A DNA stretch of 34,699 bases from Candidatus Micrarchaeota archaeon. GTDB lineage: Archaea; Micrarchaeota; Micrarchaeia; Micrarchaeales; CABMGC01. A model generated the notes under the pieces. That model had not been told where the DNA came from and made no database searches. It saw only the letters and a program-made list of their open reading frames with translations. The translations under genes were made by a program, and so were the position numbers. Below are positions 24,999-33,214 of this stretch, piece by piece (positions within the stretch are counted from its first letter, which is position 1; every line of letters begins with the position of its first letter). The stretch covers positions 1-34,699 of the forward strand of contig JAGWHG010000002.1 in NCBI GenBank assembly GCA_028866975.1. Reading direction: 5' to 3'.

Positions 24999-25949
24999 AT
25001 GGCAAAAGAAAAAGGAGTAAAGGAAATAGAGGACTTGCCAGGAATAGGGCCGACATCTGCGCAGAAGCTGCGAGATGCAGGGTTTGACACGCTTGATAAG
25101 ATAGCAACAGCGCTGCCTGGCGCGCTCTCAGAGGCAACAGGGCTGAGCGCAGAGGCGGCAAAGAAGGCCATAGATGCCGCTAAAGAAGCAACGACATTGC
25201 AGTTCGAGACCGGGGCCCACGCGTCTGAAAGGAGAAAGGGGCTTGGGAGGATAGACACAGGCGCTAAGGACTTCAATGAGCTGCTCGGAGGCGGCGTCGA
25301 GGCGCAGGGGATAACCGAGGCATACGGAAGGTTTGCTGCTGGAAAGAGCCAGCTTGGGTTCGAACTGTGCGTAAATGTCCAAAAGCCCGTTGGCAAAGGG
25401 GGACTTGGCGGAAGCGTCCTATTCATAGACACCGAAGGGACATTCAGGCCGGAGAGGATCGAGGCCATAGCAAAGGCCGAGGGGCTGGATCCCAAGGAGG
25501 TGCTCGAGAACATCTTTTTGGTCAGGGCGCTAAACACCGAGCAGCAGATCCTGGCAATCGAGAGGGCCGAGAAGCTGATTAGGGAGAAGAACATCAAGCT
25601 CATAGTCGTAGACTCCATAACATCGCTCTTTAGGGCAGAGTTTCTGGGCCGAGGCATGCTCAATGAGAGGCAGCAAAAGCTCAATTCGCATGTTGACAAG
25701 CTCAAAAAGCTTGCTGAGCAGCACGACTTGGCAGTCTATATAACAAACCAGGTGATGGACAATCCTGGAATGCTCTTTGGCGACCCTACAACGCCAATCG
25801 GAGGCAACATACTTGCACACGCAACCACCACCAGGCTATACTTTAGGAAGGGCAAGGAGGAGAAGAGGATCGTAAAGCTGCTCGACTCGCCGGATCGGCC
25901 GGAAGGAGAGTGCGTAATCAAGATAACAACTGAAGGAATCAAGGGTTGA
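24999..25949 (+). CDS. radA: DNA repair and recombination protein RadA
   Basis: 316 aa. N-terminal HhH domain (LPGIGPTSAQKLRDAGF), Walker A (GRFAAGKSQ), Walker B (LIVVDS) and the conserved C-terminus (GGNILAHATTTRLYFRKG). Confidence 0.95.
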   Translation: MAKEKGVKEIEDLPGIGPTSAQKLRDAGFDTLDKIATALPGALSEATGLSAEAAKKAIDAAKEATTLQFETGAHASERRKGLGRIDTGAKDFNELLGGGVEAQGITEAYGRFAAGKSQLGFELCVNVQKPVGKGGLGGSVLFIDTEGTFRPERIEAIAKAEGLDPKEVLENIFLVRALNTEQQILAIERAEKLIREKNIKLIVVDSITSLFRAEFLGRGMLNERQQKLNSHVDKLKKLAEQHDLAVYITNQVMDNPGMLFGDPTTPIGGNILAHATTTRLYFRKGKEEKRIVKLLDSPDRPEGECVIKITTEGIKG

Positions 25950-25950
25950 C

Positions 25951-26739
25951 ATGCTCTTTTTGATCGGGATGGGTCTCACAAACCGCGAGATACCCTTCAC
26001 CGCACTAGATGACCTAACAAGCGCAGACGAAGTGCTGCTCGATCCCTACACGAACTTCATACCAGAGGAGGATCTTGCGTATCTGAGCCATAATTTCAAC
26101 ATCGAGATAACGTCCCTCACACGGTCGGATCTTGAGGAGAACTCAAGGCAGATAGTCGAGAGGGCAAAAGGCAAGAACGTGGCAATATTGGTATCCGGGG
26201 ACCCTCTCATCGCCACGACCCACCATACAATACTCGACCTTGCCGCAAAGCTAGGGATAGATTACAAGATCTATCACTCCTCCAACATATTCTCTGCTGC
26301 AATCGGCGAGAGCGGGCTAGACATCTACAAGTTAGGTCCGACGACAACCATCGCATTTTGGACCGACAAATACAAACCAGTCTCATTCATCGATGTGATA
26401 AAAAGAAATGTTGACAGCGAGCAACACACTATCGTGCTGTTCGATTACAACTATTTAGAGAAGAGGAAGATGCGACTTGGGGAAGCAATCCCCGTGCTGC
26501 ATGCGGCGGATGAGCAGAGAAAACACAACATAATGTCGCCATCAAGGAAGCTTCTAATACTCGGCGACATAGGCAAGAAGTCGCAGAGCATCCTTTACAC
26601 CGAATTCGGCAAGATAAACAAGGATGTGCTCAAGGAATTCGAGGGCAAGATAATAACAATGATTGTTCCTGGCGCAATGAGCTTTGCAGAAGAGGATGCG
26701 ATAGCCAAATTCTCCGGCATTAAGCCTGCCAGTACTTGA
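25951..26739 (+). CDS. dph5: Diphthine synthase
   Basis: 262 aa with tetrapyrrole-methylase-fold motifs (MLFLIGMGL, AILVSGDPLIATTH). It starts 1 nt after the radA stop. Confidence 0.85.
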   Translation: MLFLIGMGLTNREIPFTALDDLTSADEVLLDPYTNFIPEEDLAYLSHNFNIEITSLTRSDLEENSRQIVERAKGKNVAILVSGDPLIATTHHTILDLAAKLGIDYKIYHSSNIFSAAIGESGLDIYKLGPTTTIAFWTDKYKPVSFIDVIKRNVDSEQHTIVLFDYNYLEKRKMRLGEAIPVLHAADEQRKHNIMSPSRKLLILGDIGKKSQSILYTEFGKINKDVLKEFEGKIITMIVPGAMSFAEEDAIAKFSGIKPAST

Positions 26740-27760
26740 GCGTGTAGGCCAGCGAGGCAAAGCCGAACAGCTGCACGAACCATATCGTGACAAGCCGCGT
26801 AAAGATGGTGATCACAGAAGCAAGGCCAAGCGTGACGCCCATGCCGCCGAAGAATGTGACAAGAAATCCGATAAGCGTCGCATCCGTCACCCCGATGTTC
26901 GCAGGTATGCCGCTGACCATCCCAAGCATCGTTGCCAGCGAGAGCACGAACACCACCGTCGGGATGTATCCGACGCCGACATTTACCCCAAATGCGAGCA
27001 TCACAAAGTAAAGGCTCAGACCGTTGAGTATCATTGCAGGTATGGTGTAGAGCATCGAGTAAGCATACGCCTTCTTGCCAAGCAGCTTGTTGTGCTTGAA
27101 GTACCTGTCGCCCACTTCGAAGAGCTTCTCAAAGAACCTGTGCGTGCGCAGCCTGTCCCTGAAAAGATTGTATGCTGTCCTGCTGTAGAGGAAGATGAAC
27201 GGGATGAGCAGCAGCAGGCTTGCGCCGATCGACACAAGAACATATTGGCTGACAAGGAACGCCGCGCCCACAGTTACCACAACAAAGCCCGCAAAATCCG
27301 TGAAGATGTCTGCTACCACCGCCGGGAACGTTTTGCTGAACTTTACCTTTGTGAGTTTGTTTATCGTGTATGAGACAATCGCCCTGCCCCACCTTCCCGG
27401 CGTTACGTCCATAGAATACATGGACAGGTATATCATGAAGTTCTTGGTGCGGTCTATCTTGACGCCTAGGTTGCGTATGTACATCTCCCACTTAGGGAAG
27501 CGCATCGCATACCCGGCAAAAACTATCAGGAAAGAGATGAAATAATAGAAGAGGTTTATCGACTCTACATTGCTTACGAAAGCGCTCACCCCCTCGTTAA
27601 ATATTGCAACTGCTGCGATGACTATGAAGACGACGAAGCTCAGCAGCATTATAAGTATCAGTATTTTCTCGTACTTGCGTATCCTGTGCGCGTATTCCTC
27701 CCTCTTTCTCACTCCTTCAAGCTGAAAAAGAGAGCCGCCGGACTTTCGCCTTGCGGTCAT
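26720..27760 (-). CDS. UPF0104 / lysylphosphatidylglycerol-synthase-TM-like (flippase-like) membrane protein
   Basis: 346 aa with about 8 TM helices and a family-like segment (RFPKWEMYIRNLG...TPGRWGRAIVSYTINK). Its ATG overlaps the taw1 stop (ATGA), and its 3' end overlaps convergent dph5 by 20 nt. Confidence 0.55.
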   Translation of the reverse strand: MTARRKSGGSLFQLEGVRKREEYAHRIRKYEKILILIMLLSFVVFIVIAAVAIFNEGVSAFVSNVESINLFYYFISFLIVFAGYAMRFPKWEMYIRNLGVKIDRTKNFMIYLSMYSMDVTPGRWGRAIVSYTINKLTKVKFSKTFPAVVADIFTDFAGFVVVTVGAAFLVSQYVLVSIGASLLLLIPFIFLYSRTAYNLFRDRLRTHRFFEKLFEVGDRYFKHNKLLGKKAYAYSMLYTIPAMILNGLSLYFVMLAFGVNVGVGYIPTVVFVLSLATMLGMVSGIPANIGVTDATLIGFLVTFFGGMGVTLGLASVITIFTRLVTIWFVQLFGFASLAYTLKYWQA

Positions 27761-28773
27761 TTCTCAAAATGCAACAGCCTGGTTTGCGCCGCATGCTCAT
27801 CTGCGCAGAGCAGTACTACCTTGCTGTGCTCATGGTAATCTGTGAACAGGTACCCAGATTCCCTTGCGATCTCGCTTGCAAACTCGATCACCTCTTCCTT
27901 GCGCGGCATCTGTTCGTACGAAAGGTGCCGCTCCTCGCTCCTTGCGCCACCGACAAAGACAAATCCCTTAACTTCAACGTACTGCGGCTTTCCCTTTGAA
28001 ATGAGATCTGCATAGCCCTTCACATCAACCATATTCACTCCCTTGACCAACGTGAGCCTAAAGACCCGGCGCGTATCTAGCGTTGAGAACACCTTTAGGA
28101 ATTCCTGAAAGTTCTGCCATGCATTTAGCGTCTTTGCGCGTGCAGCCTTTTCATAAATTTCTTGGTTTGGCGCCTGGATAGAGACGTAGAGCTGCGTCGG
28201 CATGACGCTGAGCCTCCTAAGCGCGCCAACCATCGTGCCGTTAGTAACTAGGAATGTGCTGATCCCCCTTCTGTGGAACGCGTCGAGCAGCTTGCTCATC
28301 TGCGGATAGAACATCGGCTCGCCTGTGAGGCTTAGTGCGACATGCGCAGGGTCGTTTGCCTCCTTCCATCTCTGCATGTTAGTTCCTTCCCTGCCCTTAA
28401 AGCCGCTGACAAGCTTGCGCTGCTCGCTTATCAATCCCTCCACGATAGAGTCAGGGTCGTCCCAATCGCCAAGCGCGTTGAGCTCGTTCCAGTTGATCCC
28501 GATCTCCTCAGGTATTATGCGCCAGCAGAAGCTGCATGCCAAGTTGCAGCCTATTGCAGGCGTGCTCTGCATGCACCGCCAGCTCTGTATCCCGTAGAAT
28601 TGGTTCTTGTAGCACGTTGCGCCTTCCAGGCGCATGCTCTCCTCGGTGTAGTTGCATGTCTTTAGAGCAGAGTGCCTGCCAACGAAGTGGTATCCCTGCT
28701 TTTGCATCATGGCCCTTAGCTCTTCTGGCACATGGGGCTGGGATTTGAGCTGCGTTGCGATTGCTTCCGACAT
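27757..28773 (-). CDS. taw1: tRNA 4-demethylwyosine synthase (radical SAM, Taw1/TYW1)
   Basis: It has the radical-SAM motif CNLACSFC and an upstream auxiliary-cluster Cys triad (C-x13-C-x12-C). I prefer the ATG at 28773 to the adjacent TTG at 28776. Confidence 0.85.
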   Translation of the reverse strand: MSEAIATQLKSQPHVPEELRAMMQKQGYHFVGRHSALKTCNYTEESMRLEGATCYKNQFYGIQSWRCMQSTPAIGCNLACSFCWRIIPEEIGINWNELNALGDWDDPDSIVEGLISEQRKLVSGFKGREGTNMQRWKEANDPAHVALSLTGEPMFYPQMSKLLDAFHRRGISTFLVTNGTMVGALRRLSVMPTQLYVSIQAPNQEIYEKAARAKTLNAWQNFQEFLKVFSTLDTRRVFRLTLVKGVNMVDVKGYADLISKGKPQYVEVKGFVFVGGARSEERHLSYEQMPRKEEVIEFASEIARESGYLFTDYHEHSKVVLLCADEHAAQTRLLHFEK

Positions 28774-28838
28774 CAAACCACTGATATTGTTAACGATTTA
28801 GAATAATAACCTTTTCGCCACGAATAACTATTGAATCG

Positions 28839-29987
28839 ATGAACCTTACAATAGAACTCAAGAACGGCAAGCTGTTCACAACAGATCCCGCGACAATCGA
28901 CCAGCTCAGAAAGTCCGCGTACGGGTGGAGAAGCGCAAAGAAGATGATGTTTACCCCAGAGGAGGCGCTCTACCTTGTGGATGTGCGCAACGCAAAATGC
29001 ACCTCTGCAGACAAGCCTGTAAATTTCAACGACATCGCAGCAAAGTTCGGCAAAACAGGCAAGCTCATGCCAAGGTATTTCGCCTACAAGGACTGGAGGG
29101 ATCGAGGGCTTGCAATAAGGGACGCATCGCTAAAGTATGCAAATCCGCACGGAGCAAGCCCAAAGAAATACCCCTCGTCAAAAGTGTCGCTGCGAGGGTA
29201 CAAATTGGACGGCATGTTCTTGGGCAACGATCTTTTGTGCGTAACTGATACCAAAGCAAGCAAAGACCTCTATGAAAAGCACTGGTTCGGCCAGTACGGC
29301 ACCTACAAAGCCGCAGAGCGCGGCAAGCTGTGCAAGTTCGACGCATACGAAACCCTTTACCTGGCCGAGAAGGGCGTGCTGAAGCTGAAAAACGCAACAA
29401 AATCGCAGGTCATAAAGAAAGCAACTGAAAGGAGGGCGGATTTCCCAAAGCTATACGAAGTCTACAAGGACTGGAAGGATCGGGGCTACGTTGTAAAGAC
29501 TGGCTTTAAGTTCGGAACGCACTTTAGGGTGTATTTTCCTGGCGCAAGGCCTGTTAAGGATGGCAACTGGGTGCATTCAAAGCACGTAATACACGTATTT
29601 CCCAAGGAGTCAAAGCTGCTCATATCGGAATGGGCCCGGGCAATACGCGTAGCGCATTCAGTTCGCAAGACATTCATACTCGCAGTCCCTGGCAGGGCTA
29701 AGGCCAAGAAGACCAAGATAGACTTCATACTCTACCACCGCAAGGGCGGCGAAGCAGACAATCCCGAAAGGGCGCCGCCAAAGTATGCGATGCTGCCACT
29801 AGGCGAAGAGGAATACATCGGCGGGGCAGAGCTTTCGGGCGCGATCAACGAGGCGGCTAAGAGAAGGCTTGATCTAGTGCTTGCAATAGCGGACCGGGAG
29901 ACCGCAGTAACTTACTACAAAGTCAGGAGGATAGCGCTAAAAGGCAGCAAGCACGACTATTATGAGATAGATTGGATGCAGCCGTGA
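28839..29987 (+). CDS. endA: tRNA-splicing endonuclease, three EndA-like units in one polypeptide
   Basis: 382 aa. Unit 2 carries the catalytic Tyr/His/Lys context (FGTHFRVYFPG...HSKHVIHV...SVRKTFILAV). Unit 1 repeats the N-domain and junction (EEALYLV...YFAYKDWRDRGLAIRD versus AYETLYLA...YEVYKDWKDRGYVVKTG) but lacks the triad. Unit 3 is a C-domain-like tail (LVLAIADRETAVTYYKVRRI). Confidence 0.85.
   Translation: MNLTIELKNGKLFTTDPATIDQLRKSAYGWRSAKKMMFTPEEALYLVDVRNAKCTSADKPVNFNDIAAKFGKTGKLMPRYFAYKDWRDRGLAIRDASLKYANPHGASPKKYPSSKVSLRGYKLDGMFLGNDLLCVTDTKASKDLYEKHWFGQYGTYKAAERGKLCKFDAYETLYLAEKGVLKLKNATKSQVIKKATERRADFPKLYEVYKDWKDRGYVVKTGFKFGTHFRVYFPGARPVKDGNWVHSKHVIHVFPKESKLLISEWARAIRVAHSVRKTFILAVPGRAKAKKTKIDFILYHRKGGEADNPERAPPKYAMLPLGEEEYIGGAELSGAINEAAKRRLDLVLAIADRETAVTYYKVRRIALKGSKHDYYEIDWMQP
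29085..29486 (+). repeat. Internal duplication signature within endA (24-nt segments at 29085-29108 and 29463-29486, 21 of 24 identical, 378 nt apart)
   Basis: TACAAGGACTGGAGGGATCGAGGG versus TACAAGGACTGGAAGGATCGGGGC. Both encode YKDW(R/K)DRG. Confidence 0.85.
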
Positions 29988-29991
29988 TACC

Positions 29992-30360
29992 ATGAGCGAG
30001 TGCGTGTTCTGCAACATACCGAAAAAGACTGCAGAGAAGATGCTCTATCAGGACGATGTCTGCTACGTTGTCGATGACATAAACCCGATAGAGAGGGGCC
30101 ACAGGCTGGTGATATCAAAAACGCACTACGAGAGCATGCCAAACGCTCCTGACGAAGTCGTATCGCACATGTTTGTTGTTGCAAAGAGGTTTGCCATAAA
30201 GGCCAAGGAGGAGTTCGGCGCCACAGGCACAAATGTCGGGGTGAACAATGGCAAGGACGCAAACCAGATAGTCATGCACATGCACATACACGTCCTGCCC
30301 AGGTATCCTGGCATGGCGCACAGGCGCTCCCACACCGCATTCATAGGCATTCCTAAGTAG
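29992..30360 (+). CDS. HIT (histidine triad) family nucleotide hydrolase/transferase
   Basis: 122 aa with the histidine triad HMHIHVLPR and the N-terminal CVFC motif. A 4-nt gap follows endA. Confidence 0.85.
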   Translation: MSECVFCNIPKKTAEKMLYQDDVCYVVDDINPIERGHRLVISKTHYESMPNAPDEVVSHMFVVAKRFAIKAKEEFGATGTNVGVNNGKDANQIVMHMHIHVLPRYPGMAHRRSHTAFIGIPK

Positions 30361-30416
30361 TTCCGCTATTTCGAAAGCCATTTAAAGCTATAATAAACAA
30401 GCTAATCGGTGACCAA

Positions 30417-30698
30417 ATGAAGATTTCTGACATATACCACATGGATATCTACAGTGACTCTGGACAGTACCTAGGAGACGTTCAAGATGTCATTGTCGAT
30501 CTCGAAAGAGGAGAACTCAGCAGGCTCCTGACAATTCCTTGGAAGAACGCCAAGGGCGATGTCAAGGTAGTACTAAGGCAGAAGAGCATCCTATACAAGA
30601 ATGTAAAGAACGTAGGGGATGTTGTTCTTGTGTCTTCACTCCCTGGAGCAAAGTCCGAGGAAGTCTCAAGAGAGGAAGCATCAGATCTCTCAAGGTAA
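30417..30698 (+). CDS. PRC-barrel domain protein
   Basis: 93 aa. The pattern (DIYSDSGQYLGDVQDVIVDLERGELSRLL) is typical of small archaeal PRC-barrel proteins. CTATAATA lies at about -30 to -23, which suggests a leaderless transcript. Confidence 0.65.
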   Translation: MKISDIYHMDIYSDSGQYLGDVQDVIVDLERGELSRLLTIPWKNAKGDVKVVLRQKSILYKNVKNVGDVVLVSSLPGAKSEEVSREEASDLSR

Positions 30699-30700
30699 AG

Positions 30701-30730
30701 TTATTTTTCTTTTCGGGGTTAAACTCCCCG
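30701..30730. terminator. T-rich tract plus hairpin CGGGG-ttaaact-CCCCG between convergent genes
   Basis: TTATTTTTCTTTT (30701-30713) follows the PRC-barrel stop. A 5-bp GC stem lies at 30714-30730. Confidence 0.45.
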
Positions 30731-30761
30731 CCTATTTAACACTGCATCAGCGCAAGCTCTT

Positions 30762-31301
30762 CTATTCCTGCACCGGCTTTGGCAGCCGAACCCCGCGCTG
30801 AGAATTATAGCCTCCCTGGTATGCGTTCTCGACCCTGCTTGTCGCCTTGATGAAGACTATGTGCGCAAAGCGCGACATCGGCTTTAGCCTTATCTTGTAA
30901 GGCGCGTTGTTTATCACTTCCAGCGTTATCGTTCCCTTAAAGCCGGCGTCTATTATCGTCGGCGGCATCGAAAGCCCGTGCCTTGCCCATGTGCTCCTAA
31001 GCTCCACAAAGCCGACAACATCATCTGGCATGCTGATGAACTCGTTTGTGGACAAAAGCACCTGCTCTTTGCCCCCTACAATAATCTCCTTCACGCCCCT
31101 CTCTATCTCAAAGGCGGATTCGATCGTGTCCTTGTCGGTCGGCTCCATCACAAAGCCCTCCTGCATGTGCTTATGCCTTCCTATCTCGTCAGCCAGCCTA
31201 AAATCTATCCCGTTCTCCCGAACAATTGACTCGGCAAAAGGATCGACTATCAGCCGCTTGCTCTTTATCATATTCATTAAGTCGAAGTCTGAAAGTATCA
31301 T
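30762..31301 (-). CDS. dcd: dCTP deaminase (dUTPase superfamily)
   Basis: 179 aa, beginning MILSD. Other segments: GIDFRLADE, GFVELRSTWARHGL, IDAGFKGTITLEV. Confidence 0.85.
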   Translation of the reverse strand: MILSDFDLMNMIKSKRLIVDPFAESIVRENGIDFRLADEIGRHKHMQEGFVMEPTDKDTIESAFEIERGVKEIIVGGKEQVLLSTNEFISMPDDVVGFVELRSTWARHGLSMPPTIIDAGFKGTITLEVINNAPYKIRLKPMSRFAHIVFIKATSRVENAYQGGYNSQRGVRLPKPVQE

Positions 31302-31321
31302 CTAAAACCCCCAACGTATTG

Positions 31322-31329
31322 TATAAATA
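31322..31329. promoter_or_regulatory. Shared TATA box (TATAAATA / TATTTATA) between divergent dcd and tRNA-Glu
   Basis: It lies about 24-27 nt from the dcd ATG (leaderless geometry) and about 33 nt from the tRNA-Glu 5' end. Confidence 0.5.
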
Positions 31330-31358
31330 AATTGGCAGACATAAGGATTAAAGCCTAT

Positions 31359-31433
31359 GCTCCCATCGTCTAGTCCGGTCAAGGACGTGGGGCTTTCAAC
31401 CCTAAAACTCGGGTTCAAATCCCGATGGGAGCA
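31359..31433 (+). tRNA. tRNA-Glu (anticodon TTC)
   Basis: Acceptor GCTCCCA/TGGGAGC, anticodon arm TGGGG-CTTTCAA-CCCTA (anticodon at 31395-31397), T arm TCGGG-TTCAAAT-CCCGA, discriminator A. Confidence 0.93.
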
Positions 31434-31507
31434 TGACTTTTGGTCAACAAAATCTTCACAATACGGATTTAAACCTCACGCACGTTAAACAACCAAGGGG
31501 CGAGACC

Positions 31508-31903
31508 ATGACGAATTTTGTAACCGTGAGAGACAAGCAGAGCGAAAGTAAGTCGCAGCAGAAAGTGGACACCAAAGCGCTAACAGACACGCTTCTCCAC
31601 AGCAACGACTACAGCAAGAAGGTCTCCACAATAAACCTGCTCGAAAAAGACAATATGCTAGACGGGCCGGTAGCCGTGATACTCTCAAGCGCATTCTCAA
31701 AAGAGATAAGATCGAAGAAGCCGTCATTTTGGCTGCTCGAAAACATAGCGGCCGCAATACACTCCTCAAACACAAGTACAGATTACAAAAGAGAGCAGCT
31801 AAGCAAATTCAGTGAACAGCTCTCAACGCTGCCGGATTCGATGAGCTCTAGGCTGAAAAACGAGATTGATTCCACGCTCTTGAAAAAGCAGCAAAGAAAA
31901 TGA
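31508..31903 (+). CDS. Hypothetical protein, paralog A of a tandem pair (131 aa)
   Basis: The ATG at 31508 is preceded by AAGGGG, with ATTTAAA at 31467-31473. The ORF-track start at 31433 overlaps the tRNA. It shares a conserved core with the next gene. Confidence 0.5.
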   Translation: MTNFVTVRDKQSESKSQQKVDTKALTDTLLHSNDYSKKVSTINLLEKDNMLDGPVAVILSSAFSKEIRSKKPSFWLLENIAAAIHSSNTSTDYKREQLSKFSEQLSTLPDSMSSRLKNEIDSTLLKKQQRK

Positions 31904-32013
31904 AAAAATCACATTTACGTCGGAAGCAACCCATTTTAGGAAACATTCCCCGCTGGCAGATATTTAAATGTGCCAGTCGTAGGTAGACTAGTTAGTTTTT
32001 TCAAGGCGACAAA

Positions 32014-32505
32014 ATGAGATTCAAATTTTTCGGGAATAGCGAGCAGCCGCCAGCAAAGGCGGAAACTCAAAGCACGCCGAAATCCGAACCCTATGTTCCG
32101 ATTTACAAAAAGGAGCAGGCGATACTGAACGGGAATTTCACAAAGCAACAGATACTCAATGCTATGGAAAAGGAGGGCGATGTGACTCTCCAGCTGGCAT
32201 ACATAGCAAAACTCAAGAAAGACAAGATGCTCGACAATGCAGCGGCTGTCTTTTTGATCCAAAAGTTCAATGAACAGACAAGGGCCGAAAGGCCGTCAAA
32301 GCTCCTGCTCCATTCCATAATTGACGCAGTGGTGGTATCGGATACGAGTGGCGAATACAAGCGCGCATCTTTAGTATCCATGTCCGTTTCAGCCAAGGAC
32401 ATAAAGGGCTACCTCAGCGAGGTTACGCGCAGCGAAATCCGCACAATGATGGAACTCTCCTCAACAATACAGCAGGCAATACGGGATCCCGAAGAAAAAG
32501 AGTGA
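32014..32505 (+). CDS. Hypothetical protein, paralog B of a tandem pair (163 aa)
   Basis: ATTTAAAT lies at 31963-31970, upstream. The core aligns with paralog A (KDxMLD...AV.L...F....R...PS..LL..I..A...S.TS.(D/E)YKR..L). Confidence 0.55.
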   Translation: MRFKFFGNSEQPPAKAETQSTPKSEPYVPIYKKEQAILNGNFTKQQILNAMEKEGDVTLQLAYIAKLKKDKMLDNAAAVFLIQKFNEQTRAERPSKLLLHSIIDAVVVSDTSGEYKRASLVSMSVSAKDIKGYLSEVTRSEIRTMMELSSTIQQAIRDPEEKE

Positions 32506-33171
32506 CTACTTTATTTTGTGTGCAGCCCTGAACTCTTCATGGAATGCAATGCCCGAGTGGTAGAGCATGAAAGCGCCCGTCACCGCAAACACGATTATTA
32601 TAGATATCGAGGCGACCACAAAAGACATCGCCTGGAATGCCGGCGGGTTTGTGTAGGCAAGATTTGCCAGGGAGAATGCGGCTACAACGAATGCCACCCA
32701 AAGAGCAAGGGATGCGAATCCGATTTCATAGTAGCTGTGCCCGAATATTGCATTTAGGAATGTGTATGTTAGCAGAAGTATGCCGCCGACGCTGAACAGC
32801 ACCATCAAGGATGCCTGCGCAGGCACCAACGTGACCGGCAGCGCAAACAGTATCGCACCTATCGCCAGGGTTATCATGAAGACCCCGATATTGCGCGAAT
32901 GCCTGCCATGTTCCTTCTCGTTCATGACGCCCATTACAGAAATGTGGCCGCTGGCCACAACGCCGACAACTAATCCTACGGCAAGCGCGAGCAGCACCCC
33001 CCACATGAGGAAGATGTTGACAACGCTGCCGACGAAATTCTGCACAAGGAGCGTAGAGAAGACAAAACCGATGGCATAGAAGATGCCGAGCATTACAAGC
33101 ACAAGCCCGATCGAGCGCCTGTTCTGCTCTGCCCAGAACTTTCTGACATGCGGACGCGCGTGCCTAACCAT
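32506..33171 (-). CDS. Hypothetical polytopic membrane protein (about 6 TM helices)
   Basis: 221 aa and strongly hydrophobic. A minus-strand TATA-like TTTTATAT lies about 30 nt upstream. Its stop abuts the stop of convergent paralog B (0-nt gap). Confidence 0.55.
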   Translation of the reverse strand: MVRHARPHVRKFWAEQNRRSIGLVLVMLGIFYAIGFVFSTLLVQNFVGSVVNIFLMWGVLLALAVGLVVGVVASGHISVMGVMNEKEHGRHSRNIGVFMITLAIGAILFALPVTLVPAQASLMVLFSVGGILLLTYTFLNAIFGHSYYEIGFASLALWVAFVVAAFSLANLAYTNPPAFQAMSFVVASISIIIVFAVTGAFMLYHSGIAFHEEFRAAHKIK

Positions 33172-33214
33172 TCGAATCGCTATGATACCGAATTAACAAT
33201 ATAAAATCCTTGCC

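Noticed and set aside
24995-25705. Long antisense ORFs opposite well-supported genes. Examples: 236 aa opposite radA, 216 aa at 12114-12764 opposite lhr, 205 aa at 7388-8005 opposite the DHH gene, 168 aa at 20052-20558 opposite tfe, and 165 aa at 21508-22005.
   Set aside because: Their translations are low-complexity (Ser/Leu/Ala/Pro-rich) and carry no motifs. They lie entirely inside genes with strong family signatures on the other strand. This is typical of shadow ORFs caused by codon bias.
31900-31986. A 28-codon basic ORF (MKKSHLRRKQ...) whose ATG overlaps the stop of paralog A (ATGA).
   Set aside because: It runs straight through the TATA-like box and likely transcription start of paralog B. 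Its composition is that of AT-rich spacer, and I see no supporting signal.
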